Assembly: GCA_002633005.1 (NCBI GenBank)
Contig: NMRA01000523.1
Span: 60,748 to 124,747, forward strand
Reading direction: 5' to 3'
DNA length: 64,000 nucleotides
Source of the DNA: Phoronis australis
Lineage: Eukaryota > Animalia > Phoronida
In this document: piece by piece, positions 50,501 through 62,700 of the stretch
Numbering within the stretch: position 1 is the stretch's first letter
Layout of the letters: every line of letters starts with the position of its first letter
Notes under the pieces: generated by a model
Database searches by the model: none
What the model was told of the DNA's origin: nothing
Seen by the model: the letters and a program-made list of their open reading frames with translations, nothing else
Made by a program: the position numbers and the translations under genes

Positions 50501-53500
50501 TTCCACATTGGACAAATGAACTTTCCGTATACAGTGCCATTTGAATCTTTCGTCACATAGTTCTCGCATATTCCGTACTCTGAAGATAGACACGTGTAAA
50601 TTTAGTTCTGCTTGCGTTTATGTACATGTGTATGCAGGCATCGCGTGGGGCCTGGATTTTATGCCGCGAGCGCCCCTAGCTGGGAAATTGCATCTTTTAC
50701 CAAACGAAAACGCCAATGAAATTTAGAGTTTGACAGCATAGGTTTGGAAGTTTTTCAAAAATCTGTTGAGAAGTTATGTCTAATCAAATGAATCACACGT
50801 GAAATTAAGTGGGTACATGTGTAGTTTTGTTGTTCAACCCGCATTAGGGGGTCATTGAATCGAATATCTGCATGCACGTACATTGTATTTACTTTAATGG
50901 AAAAGCAACGTTGGGAGTAACATTTAACATACATTCATTGGAATACATCATTGTATTTAGTCCTCCCTATGTACTGCTGGGGTTTTAGATAGGTAAATAT
51001 TTTCTCTACGAGGGTTGTTAATCATTCACTGAATGTATTGAAAATTAATAATCCTCAGGGTTTATTTGAAATGAACAGTGTCAATCTCTCACACCTTTTT
51101 TAAATCTTTGAAGATGAAATTCTGGACGACTTCGATTTTGGAAAACCTTGTTTTCCACGCATGTTGCCAAAACGTCCACAGACGTGAATGTTTTGTTCAG
51201 ACTTTAGCAATTGGGGATCGTTGCAAATGTAGAGGACATTTCACTATTCAAAATTTAGAGCCTAGGCAGAATTTGCGTCCAAGATTTGTTCTAAAACTTG
51301 TAGAGCACTAAATGAAAATTTGCAATACAAGTTAAAACCCACTCTGCCATTTCTGACTGGGCTTATTTTCCAAAATTAAAAATTGAATGTAAAAAATCGT
51401 CAACGATGTGACATTTTGCGGTCTTTTGAACTTAGTTTGGTGTCACTTTCGGAGTAAAGGACCTTCGTACCATTAGCCCTTCGGAGTAAAGAACAAGGAC
51501 AATAGAATTCGTTCTTATTATTTCCGGGTAATGGCCCATGGGAGTAATGGCCCTTCATAGTACAAGTCTATACTGCGACATTCAGAAAACGGTAATGGCA
51601 ATATTAGTTTATTAGTGGTTCTAACTTCCAGAAGGGAAAACAAAACAGATGCTTGCGCTGAAATAAATTGTTAACTAGAACAAATTCGTTGGGTAGATGA
51701 GGTCAGATTTTTTATGTCAATATTCGTTAGCTCGATCAGTTGACAAATGAGTTACTGTAGATTTTAAAAGACTGTGTTCACTGATCTGGACATGTGTACG
51801 TACCTCTGTTAGGATTGTTCAGGTATCGACTTCTTGTCATGTATTGTTGACTGCCATATAATGTTCCAGACAACAATATTTTTCTCCACTGTTTCGCGGG
51901 GGCGCTCTGATGACTTTGGTAATAACGGGCATCTACAATGAAAAATTGAGCCTGGTATCAACCCCCGTTCCCCCAAGGAGACGAACTGTTTATTTACAAG
52001 CCAATAATTTATTACAGCAATAAAACCTGCCTAGCTTGCTCTTTACTCAAACGAGATCTGGCGTGCGTTCAACTTCAGTAACGCTAAGACCTACGCTAGG
52101 ACCTAAGCTAGGACCTGCGCTAGGACCTAGCTAAAATCTAGTCAACGTCACGTATTCTCATTTAAAATACACAGCAATACCTCACGTAATCTCGCGAAGT
52201 TTTGTTTTTAGCGAGGTCCTAGCGTTACTGAACGGGAAGCTGGATAGTTCATAGGCTTTCAAAGAATGACAACTCGTTGTAGATTGAGACCATGATCACT
52301 GCTGCGAAGCCTGGTCCGAAGTAAAGAAATTATTTTTGCTAGCCCAGGGGTCTGTTTCATGAAAAGCGACTAAAGACTTAAGAGAGAAATGTGGTCTTAC
52401 GGATCTAGCTTCACAATTAGCAAGTCACAAAAGGTTTAGTCACACAATTACCAGCACATCACTTCCTGGAAATAGTTTGTACAAATTTTCTCAGTAAGTA
52501 GCAGTTACGGGCATAGTCTCAGATACTTCGTTCTTTTGCTGAAATGAGTTTTAATTACATTTTCAAAAATATTTATGAGGAGGGTTAGACTAAATTTCTG
52601 TTTTAATTACATGTGTATCAAGTCACCTTCATGGAAAAGACCCCTGAAATCACTTCTAACTAAGAAAAAAACTGAGACCAATTTCACTACTGTATAATCA
52701 TGATTAAGTCATGTGATTGTCAATTTCTTGACGCCTGCAGAGCTAACTTATAGCAGCTTAAGTTCAGCAATTAGTCCAGAATACGTCAAGATTTTCAGTA
52801 TAGCCGCTCAAGAATTCGAGTTGTACATAATCTGATGGAATACGCTAGCTTTTAACGTGACGTTATGGCTAGTTTTTACGGCCGAAAATACATGTTTGGG
52901 AGGGTTGTTGGGTATTACAGGGCCCCGTTCCAAAAAACTGACTCAAGTTCATTTTTGACTTAAGTCTAAGATGTGTCTTAACTTCCATACTTTGAAACTT
53001 CCCCATGCGGTAAGATAGTTGAAATTTAGACAAAAAACTTTTATCAAAAACTTAATTTAAACTTAAGATCTCTTTCTTAAAACGCTCTCGAGACAAATTT
53101 AAGTTTTATTTTAAAATTTACTAAAATTTAAGATTTGTCTTAACTAAGTCAGTTTTGTTGGAACAGGCCCCTAGTCGTTTGAAGTTATTACAGTATCTAT
53201 GACCAGAGCTACGCGACAACAAGGTCCATTTTTATGTATTTACAACTTGTCGGTTTTCGCCGGTGTCTGCCAGCCATTCATCGAAATCAAGGCCGGCGGC
53301 TTTACCAGTTCGATCAAAGCTCTCTACAATTTATCGAGTGGGATTTAGTTTCGCCAGCAGCTAAAACCAGTGTATGACTACCACCACTCGGACGGTTCCA
53401 GACTAGATTCTGCACTGAGGCTGATCTCAGATCACTTTTCTCAACGAGCGATAATGTCTATGGCTCTAACCTACGGTGCCATCAGAATGACTAAATTTCA

Positions 53501-54457
53501 TTTGATATCAATGTTCAAGACGATATCTCAAAAACTGAGACGGTTTCCGTAAATTAATTTTTTGTTTTTGTTTTTGTTAAAGTCGTGCTGATAACCAAAT
53601 TGGGACGCTTTTCTAAGATCTCGTACAATAAGAGTAGGCCTATAACTGACGAGCTAATACGGTAAAATCTCACCAACTTCGGATAAAAAATATTGCTTGA
53701 TTGTTTTTTTTTTTTCATTTTCAATGGCTTCTAGCACTGTTGCCAGTGCCCACAATGTTTCAAAATATTGTCTGATAGTAGCGATAGTACAGAATTTGAA
53801 AAAGGTAAGGCAATAATTTGATGCCACTCGTCATGAAAAATGGGCATATGACCTACATAATTTCACTCATCAGCAGTCTGTGTCTAGGTTTCAACATGGG
53901 ACAGCAGAGCGACGACGGTACTGTCTGTAGTCCGCCATAGTGTGTCCTAAATTACGAAGAATTTACCGTAAATATGTAGCAGGCCTACAGCCGATTGTGA
54001 AAAGGACTCCACTGACTGACGCCGGCTGGATATTGGAGAGCAGTGGTTCAAGCTGGGTATCAACCTCATACAGTGTTAGAACTCAGTGAAATGCATAAAA
54101 TCAAAGCAAAATAGGTTTCAACAGTTAAGGTGGGGGTAACCATACAGACGTTGTCAACTCGGTGTACGTCTACGAGAGTGCGTACTCACTTAGACTGAAA
54201 CGTTTTTGATATGAGTCTCACAGATTAGACATATCATATAATCTATTTTATCTATAGGCCTATACCTGGAAAAGGGTCGCATTAAAGTTGGACAGGTCTC
54301 ATCTACCGCGGTTTCTGAACCTGCTTACGCTTTTGGCTATATATACATAAACATACACCGGCACAGACGCATTAATAGATGTCTGCAACTTACCTGTTTC
54401 ACGGATCAAGATTAAAAAGGGAAGCAATAACGTAAACACTGACAGTGCTTTCGCCAT
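47460..54457 (-). CDS. Shisa-like single-pass membrane protein A (6 exons, 208 aa)
   Basis: Six GT-AG exons (64+129+148+110+84+92 = 627 nt) join in frame: signal peptide, linker, C..C..CC..CC domain, TM helix with juxtamembrane CC, basic stop-transfer segment, and PPPAYDEI tail. Exon phases match paralog B. Confidence 0.9.
48434..48517 (-). CDS. Shisa-like A exon 5
   Basis: (T)SSCPAQRRCRGTWPPWAGGCRFKVKPE; CAG acceptor and GTAAGC donor; homologous to gene B exon GGGCKFRNK. Confidence 0.82.
49607..49716 (-). CDS. Shisa-like A exon 4 (TM helix)
   Basis: SGRTAGAIVGFVLAGLVLIGIMVLIAICCVMPKKTR. Confidence 0.9.
50432..50579 (-). CDS. Shisa-like A exon 3 (Cys-rich domain)
   Basis: (E)YGICENYVTKDSNGTVYGKFICPMWNNTDEQDKCCGPSKEQYCCTFWD(D). 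Confidence 0.92.
51804..51932 (-). CDS. Shisa-like A exon 2
   Basis: (D)ARYYQSHQSAPAKQWRKILLSGTLYGSQQYMTRSRYLNNPNR; TAG acceptor, GAG|GTACGT donor; several synonymous differences from the pseudogene copy. Confidence 0.78.
52062..52238. mobile_element. MITE with 11-bp internal tandem repeats
   Basis: TTCAGTAACGCTAAGACCT...AGGTCCTAGCGTTACTGAA inverted ends; about 4 GCTAGGACCT repeats; absent from the paralogous region near 37070. Confidence 0.65.
52920..53171. mobile_element. AT-rich TIR MITE (second copy ~55317-55568)
   Basis: GGGCCCCGTTCCAAAAAACTGACT...AGTCAGTTTTGTTGGAACAGGCCCC inverted ends. Confidence 0.7.
54394..54457 (-). CDS. Shisa-like A exon 1 (signal peptide)
   Basis: AAA ATG GCG start context; MAKALSVFTLLLPFLILIRET; donor CAG|GTAAGT, phase 1; identical copy at 56781-56844. 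Confidence 0.85.
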
Positions 54458-57400
54458 TTTCCCGACTAAGCTGATTTCAGCTCTCTAATCTCAAAGCCAG
54501 GTCAAATAATGTGTTTCGCAATAGCTTACAGTTTACTTTAGGATATCGACTTGACAACAAAGGCGTTGAAGGGAGCTTATATACATGTAGGTCAGTGTTC
54601 GCCACCACTGAAACCCTAGATATAGTCGATGCTGAAACAACCCAACGCTTGTGTTTGCGGAATAGCCTACAGAATCGGTCGGGAGGGTTCGCTTCCTTTC
54701 AGTGCGGACGCGATGCATACCGGTGCTGTATTTTGCTACTTATGTCTAACCTTTCTCTGAGAGAACAGTCACGAATGAGATACGTTTTTAGGTAGGCTGT
54801 TAGGTCTACCTTTCGTGGCTCAATTTTTGTTGAACACCGCCAGTTTGTAGACTTGCAAAACAAACCCGACCTTGTCTCGTTTTCTACTTTTTTCGTTTTT
54901 TTATTTCTTCGAGGCGGATCTTTTTCCCCTCTACGCTAAATGCCCCGAGGCCCCTGGGTGCGAGCATGCAGCTGAGATTCGCGCAAAAGTGACAATTCAG
55001 CGGGGACAACAAATACATTAAGTATCCGGGCACGCAGCACAAAACTTAAATAAGCCGTATCGCCAACGACCATAGCACTGACAACCAAACTGACTCGGAA
55101 GGATCGGTGGCAACTGGTGGTGCTCGTGCTTGCACACTATCGCTCGTAGAAAGCGGCTTGAGCACGTTGGTCGGGTGTAATTTTTAAACTTGCCTGNAGT
55201 ATAGCCGCTCAAGAATTCGAGTTGTACATAATCTGATGGAATACGCTAGCTTTTAACGTGACGTTATGGCTAGTACGGCCGAAAATACATGTTTGGGAGG
55301 GTTGTTGGGTATTACAGGGCCCCGTTCCAAAAAACTGACTCAAGTTCATTTTTGACTTAAGTCTAAGATGTGTCTTAACTTCCATACTTTGAAACTTCCC
55401 CATGCGGTAAGATAGTTGAAATTAAGACAAAAAACTTTTATCGAAAACTTAATTTAAACTTAAGATCTCTTTCTTAAAACGGTCTCGAGACAAATTTAAG
55501 TTTTATTTTAAAATTTACTAAAATTTAAGATTTGTCTTAACTAAGTCAGTTTTGTTGGAACAGGCCCCTAGTCGTTTGAAGTTATTACAGTATCTATGAC
55601 CAGAGCTACGCTACAACAAGGTCCATTTTTATGTATTTACAACTTGTCGGTTTTCGCCGGTGTTTGCCAGCCATTCATCGAAATCAAGGCCGGCGGCTTT
55701 ACCAGTTCGATCAAAGCTCTCTACAATTTATCGAGTGGGATTTAGTTTCGCCAGCAGCTAAAGCCAGTGTATGACTACCACCACTCGGACGGTTCCAGAC
55801 TAGATTCTGCATTGAGGCTGATCTCAGATCACTTTTCTCAACGATAATGTCTATGGCTCTAACCTACGGTGCCATTAGAATGACTAAATTTCATTTGATA
55901 TAAATGTTCAAGACGATATCTCAAAAACTGAGACGGTTTCCGTAAATTAATTTTTTGTTTTTGTTTTTGTTTTTGTTAAAGTCGTGCTGATAACCAAATT
56001 GGGACGTTTTTCTAAGATCTCGTACAATAAGAGTAGGCCTATAACTGACGAGCTAATACGGTAAAATCTCACCAATTTCGGATAAAAAAAATATTGCTTG
56101 ATTGTTTTCTTCATTTTCAATGGCTACTAGCATTGTTGCCAGTGCCCACAATGTTTCAAAATATTGTCTGATAGTAGCGATAGTACAGAATTTGAAAAAG
56201 GTAAAGCAATAATTTGATACCACTCGTCATGAAAAATGGGCATATGACCTACATACATGTAATTTCACTCATCAGCACTCTGTCTCGGTTTCAATATGGG
56301 ACAGCAGAGCGACGACGGTACAGTCTGTAGTCCGCCATAGTGTGTCCTAAATTACGAAGAATTTACCGTAAATATGTAGCAGGCCTACAGCCGATTGTGA
56401 AAAGGACTCCACTGACTGACGACGGCTGGATATTGGAGAACAGTGGTCCAAGCTGGGTATCAACCTCATATGTTAGAACTCAGTGAAATGCATAAAATCA
56501 AAGCAAAATAGGTTTTGTCAACAGTTAAGGTGGGGGTAGCCATACAGACGTTGTCAACTCGGTGTACGTCTACGAGAGTGCGTACTCACTTAGACTGAAA
56601 CGTTTTTGATATGAGTCTCACAGATTATATCATATAATCTATAGGCCTGTACCTGGAAAAGGGTCGCATTAAAGTTGGACAGGTCTCATCTACCGTGGTT
56701 TCTGAACCTGTTTACGCTTTTGGCTATATATACATAAACATACACCGGCAAAGACGCACTTATAGATGTCTGCAACTTACCTGTTTCACGGATCAAGATT
56801 AAAAAGGGAAGCAATAACGTAAACACTGACAGTGCTTTCGCCATTTTCCCAACTAAGCTGATTTCAGTTCTTTAATCTCAAAGCCAGATCAAATAATGTG
56901 TTTCGCAATAGCTTACAGTTTACTTTAGGATATCGACTTGACAACAAAGGCGTTGAAAGGAGCTTATATAGGTCAGTGTTCGCCACCAATGAAACCCTAG
57001 ATATAGTCGATGCTGAAACAACCCAACGCTTGTGTTTGCGGAGTAGCCTACGGAATCGGTCGGGAGGGTTCGCTTCCTTTCAATGCGGACGCAATGCATA
57101 CCGGTGCTGTATTTTGCTACTTATGTCTAACCTTTCTCTGAGAGAACAGTCACGAATGAGATACGTTTTTAGGTAGGATGTTAGGTCTACCTTTCGAGGC
57201 TCAATTTTTGTTGAACACCGACAGTTTGCAGACTTGCAAAACAAACCCGACCTTGTCTCGTTTTCTACTTTTTTTCGTTTTTTTATTTCTTCGAGGCGGA
57301 CCTTTTTCCCCTCTACGCTAAATGCCCCGAGCCCCCTGGGTGCGAGCATGCAGATTCGCGCAAAAGTGGACAATTCAGCGGGGACAACAAATACATTAAG

Positions 57401-59668
57401 TATCCGGGCACGCAGCACAAAACTTAAATAAGCCGTATCGCCAACGACCATACTGACAACCAAACTGACTCGGAAGGATCGGTGGCAACCGGTGATGCTC
57501 GTGCTTGCACACTATCGCTCGTAGAAAGCGGCTTGAGCACGTTGGTCGGGTGTAATTTTTAAACTTGCCTGTTTTTGACTTAGTACGTTAATTATGGTAA
57601 ATTTTCAGCCTACAGAATTTCTGACTAGCTCATCGAGTAAAGTGTAGTTAAATCAAGGGTCCAAAAGTAGTTCGAGCGCCGTCACAATTATCCCGTGTTT
57701 TACTGAACCGCGCAGTGGTACTTATTATCACTTCTCACAAAAGTATGTGATTTACGCAACGGCTAGAAGATAGTTCACGCATGCATGCTTTTGGTAAAAT
57801 CATGGTTAACATTAAAATTAATAAACAGGAGGCAATTGAAAGAGGTTGGATTATTTTTCCAGCATCAGGTTTTGCTTCGCCTCAGCAATGCAGCTGAAAT
57901 TGTTCAGCGATTTTAGAATAATGCACCTTCTCCCATTACATCTGCCACTTTGGTGTACTCATGTGTGTGCCTAAGAAATGGCACGAACAGTCGGCATACA
58001 GTAGTTATGGCCGACAACAGGTAAAAATGTTTGTGTTGCTTGGTTCTGCCTCCACCACCGCATGCACTTAAGGTAATACAGTCTGCGTATACATTCAAAT
58101 ATTTACAAGGCTGTAACAGTTATCTCAGTAAAAATATACATTCTTGACATTTAGCAGCTATTACCTTCGGACATCCTGTGTCACAAAAATTGAAAAATCT
58201 GTGTATTAGGTATGCAATTATCTACAAAAGGATATACTTTCAATATATGAAAATACTGTAAATTTTGATTTTGGACTTTACACAACTCTTTCACAATTGG
58301 GGGTCGCCAAGCTATGTCTTTTTTGAGAGAGAGAAACTATTATATTTTTAGATCATATAAAGCATAGTTTGTTATATGACCGGGTGGCCAGCAAAGGCAC
58401 GGGCCGCTAATAGCTGACCAAGACCCTAACATTTAGCAAAAACGAAGATAAATTAATAGCAAAATACCGTCATCAATCACACCACCGGCCAAAGTTTTTG
58501 ATAATAGATGTTCAAGATAAAATCTCAAAAATGCTGTTTTACGGTTTTCTAAATTAATCCTTCCTTTTTCATTTATGCAAATGTTGTTTCTTCTGTAAAA
58601 AAATACAAAAAATTCTATTGCTGATAGCCCCTATGGCAAAATAGATTCATTTTTAACAACATTCATAAAAGCCACATGTATCTGAAAGTTTCATTTGAAT
58701 CTGATCAGCCATTTCTGAAAGATGAGGGCGAAGTTAGCCAAATATGAGCATGTTTCTAAAACCCTAGTTTATGTAATGTTGATTTTTGATGACCACAGCA
58801 TGAGCGGCAGCCGAGTCAATGTCTACGGTTTGTCGCCAACTCACGTTTCGATGTATTGAACCGATATAGCTCCGTATACAGTCTCACAAACATTCAAAAG
58901 AGAGAAAATATTTATTACGGTGACAGGTTCTTTGACAGTTACAAGTTAGACTTTCAAAATACAACGACCCAACCCTCTCACAGGGCTTACAAGTCACTTA
59001 ACAGTGAAACAAGAGAAACCCCCTGCCTAATAGACGATTATACTAACTAATTTACGTACACATTATACATAATATTTTATCTCCTGGTGCATATTCATGT
59101 AGTATTATTTAATCTAATTGGTACTATGACGCATCTTTGAATAATCATGGAATCCAATAAGTATAACCACAAAATTACAAAACCGTTCATTGAAAACTAG
59201 AACATTGGAACTCACTTCTTGGATGCCAAGCAAACTGTGAGTATTTTGATCTGTGAACTTTAAAAAATTCTTCATCTTAATTCGATCATTGCGGCAACCC
59301 GCGGAGGATAACGGGATCCAGTATGTAACAGAAGATACATGTACCCGCGACTGAAACTGAGCTACTGACATCACTTGCCTTGCTGGTGACGAATATCTCA
59401 CGACTGTTTGCTGGATATTGCCAAATTCGCAAGCAACTAGGAAGACTTTTTCACCTCGCCAAAAAATAATAGACATGTCGTTGAGTTCTGACTAGTATAG
59501 CCTCCGTTACAATATACCTACTGGACGTGAATGTTCTCTTTTTGTGAGTCAACAGCACACGTTTTAAACATGTTTTAAAAGAGATAGGCAGTCCGAAACA
59601 CTTTGGCATTAAGATGTGTAGCTGACGGGATTGCCATCCGCCTTGTCTGGCCGTGAATACTCGTCAAC

Positions 59669-59748
59669 TCAGTACGTTGTAACTTGGTCGTACGATGGCG
59701 GTTGTGGGCCAGCTTCTGGGGAACTGTAATCAGCCTTGTAATTAGATT
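59669..59748 (-). CDS. Shisa-like B last exon (PY motif, stop)
   Basis: (E)SNYKADYSSPEAGPQPPSYDQVTTY*. Confidence 0.9.
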
Positions 59749-62700
59749 CTGAAAAAAAAATCTTTCCACTGAGTGTTATGAATTCATATTTGATAACATT
59801 TCTCACCAGTTTCAAGCCCTGGGCTCGGGATGTAATCTTTTAACTCGAAATCGAGCTCGAAAATATATTTGCCGCTTACCGTTCTCACTTAATACGTCGA
59901 CGAACTTTAGATAGATCTAATATTTTGTGTTTGAGTATGTTATGGACTGCGCTAACCACCATGCAGGGTTCACCAAGTGCAACATATGATTAGGCAGTAA
60001 CCCACGTAAACAGCAACAGACTCAGCGCAGAATAACACTTACTGTATCTTGCACAGTCTTCAAAGTCAAAATCATTATATGGACCGCTGTTATGGTAACG
60101 CGATATTGTACCGGCTGTAAATCCCGGTACTTCGAGACAGCAATAAATCGCATTTATTATGTTTAGAATAATTAAACGATTTCGCGAAATTATTGAGAAA
60201 TTTGCAATTAAGCGTCAGACTGGTGCATGACTACAATACAGTATTTTTTCTATTGTTTCGTTGATCCTACTGCCAGTCGTCATCTGAAATGTTAACAAAA
60301 ATTAATTTGTAGTCAATCTGGAGGTCGACTCACTAACGTAGCTACTCACGAAAGACACGTTATATGAAGGGGATGTAATTACAATACCTTTAAATCCTTC
60401 GGAGTGTGACTGTTCTCTTTCTTCTCCCGGCGGCAATTGAGCCTTTGCACTATCTACAGTAGAAGACAAGAGTTACAAACTAAGCTTTCATTGGATTTTC
60501 CCTGTTTCATTTTTGTGGGTGTTTTGCCTATTCCACAGTCATCAGCAACGCACACCCGACATTATGCACGCAATAAGTGCCTAGTGTTTACGATCAGAAT
60601 TAAATGTGCGCATGTGACTTAAAGTCCTGCTCTCAAACTGCCCATGTGGTTCCAGTATCCGAAAATACTTACTACATAAAATCTTATTTTCTACACCCTT
60701 TCTCTATATTCTTTTCGCCTTTCTTGTCAAAAGCGATTTTTAAAAGTATTTGACCCTTCTCTCTGAGCGTATGATTACCGGCCGTCATCGGTTATTTCCG
60801 TACCCACATTTCCTGCTCATCAGTTCAGGAACTTGTCCTGAACGCCGCCATTTTTTCCTTGTAACTGAATTAGCTATGGCTCGCTCGAAAAGTCTTCATT
60901 ATTTTGTTTTATTTATAATATCTCGTGATTCGTTTGTGTGTGTAGTGTATTTATAGTTTTTAGTTAGTGGTCGTTGAATTCTTTTGTAATGTTACGCGTA
61001 CTTATTATGGTAATATAGCATTGGTGTTTAGTTCCTTACGTACATGTAGGCCGGTCGAACCTATATAGGAACCAATATAGGTCGAACCAATTTTTTTCGT
61101 TTTAATTTTTTTCTCGTTTTGAAAAAGTACTTTGCTATCATCGGAAAGTTAGTGCATTCTACTCAAAAAAAAAAATCGAAAAAGCATCAAAATCGGGAAA
61201 AGCAGTGTAAAGATATTCAATTCTTGTGGCGAAATTATGGTCACTTTGTTTGGATCGCGTTGGCCATATTGGAGGACAGCGGGATAAGTTACGAGTTTAA
61301 AACTTTGTTTAAATTGTTTTCGCCAACAAATTACGGTGAAATTTAGTTAGAGATATCTTTACTGACTATTTTTCACGATTCAACAGTGTTCGTGATGTGT
61401 GCTGTACTTAACATGCCAAATTAAATAATTTAATGCAATCCTGAAAACTAAACATAGCGCTGCCTACCTTAGAAGGAGCATAATTGAATAAAAGTGATTC
61501 TTGGTCGTGTTTGCATTGTTTCAAAAACAAAACAAATCGCCACTATAGACATACATGAACACGTACTGTGTACATTACAGTCACACTAGCTGGGGACGAC
61601 CACGTACACGCAGCAGATAAATACAGAGAAAAGCCTCACCTTTAGTCTTGTTCCGAAACTTGCATCCTCCTCCGCTATTGGAACACGAGGCTGAAATAAC
61701 AGGCTTATGCTCAAGCGGACATACAGTGTATCTACTGAATGAATCACGGTTAAATTCATGTACCATTTAGGTAGGTATTGCATGTTGTACAGGAGAGGAA
61801 CCAGGAATTTTAAAAAGGACGAGGTCGGATCAAGGATTTTTTAAAAGCAGGGTTCAAGTCAACAATTTGAAAATTCTAGATTTTTTATCACTAGAATCAA
61901 AGGAAAAGGGGGTCCGGAACCTCTTGACCCGCTTATGTTGCACAGCGTCCGTTTTTTGGTCCTAATATTAATAGAATTAAATCAATCAATGATGTTTTCA
62001 CAATTACATCATTCCTCTTAGTGTTGAATGCTTGGTTAGACTTTAGATTTAATAAGCGGGACTCCATGTACCCGTAGGTGTTCAGTTGCCCACTGTTAAA
62101 AAGTCAGGTAAAATAGTATAAAATAAAAAGACGAATGTCGATATCAAAATCTATTAAAGTATTCCCCCACGTTTCGAGCGGTACGCTTTTTATCAAGGGT
62201 TCGATACAGACTGCTGAATAGACACTATACAAAGCGACACAGTCAATCACACGCTGACAAACTTAACATGTATTAATAACAACATGCATGGCGCTTCATC
62301 ACGAAGACTCGTGTGATCTCGCAGTTTTCTCGCAAGAAACGTACTTTACGCTATCGTGCGGTACGCCGATGATTCAGTACTAAAGGCAACGAGATCACTA
62401 ACTCGGTGCAACTGTTTCAAAAGTTTGGTGTCAGATTTCGGCCACAGCCTGCTCAATGAAAAGGCCTTGTAAATATTGTATGCTCTTCGAAGTAAAGTAC
62501 CTGATCGTCTAAACTGTTATCATACATTACGTATTTTTCAAGAAACTCTGCAACAACTCCGGGAAAGAAAAAAACTCACCTTTCTTTTTCTTTATATAGT
62601 AAAATTTGACCATGCAGATGATAAATCCAATACAGGCCAGGACACCGATAACGATTCCAATAACGCCTTGTATAATGCGCCCAGGGCTAGAAAACGAAAC

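Larger units (their letters stand above)
52797..57571. repeat. 2.4-kb near-identical tandem duplication (52797-55196 and 55198-57571)
   Basis: Colinear copies differing by scattered SNPs and small indels, joined by a single N at 55197; each carries gene A exon 1. Confidence 0.95.

Noticed and set aside
51804-51840. MTRSRYLNNPNR as the start of a signal-less Shisa-like protein
   Set aside because: The frame is open back to an acceptor at 51932, and a phase-compatible signal-peptide exon exists at 54394-54457.
57080-57463. 127-aa minus ORF and the 92-94-aa plus ORFs in the duplication
   Set aside because: The minus ORF is frameshifted in the other copy and has no recognisable domain; the plus ORFs start at GTG and recur only because the DNA is duplicated.
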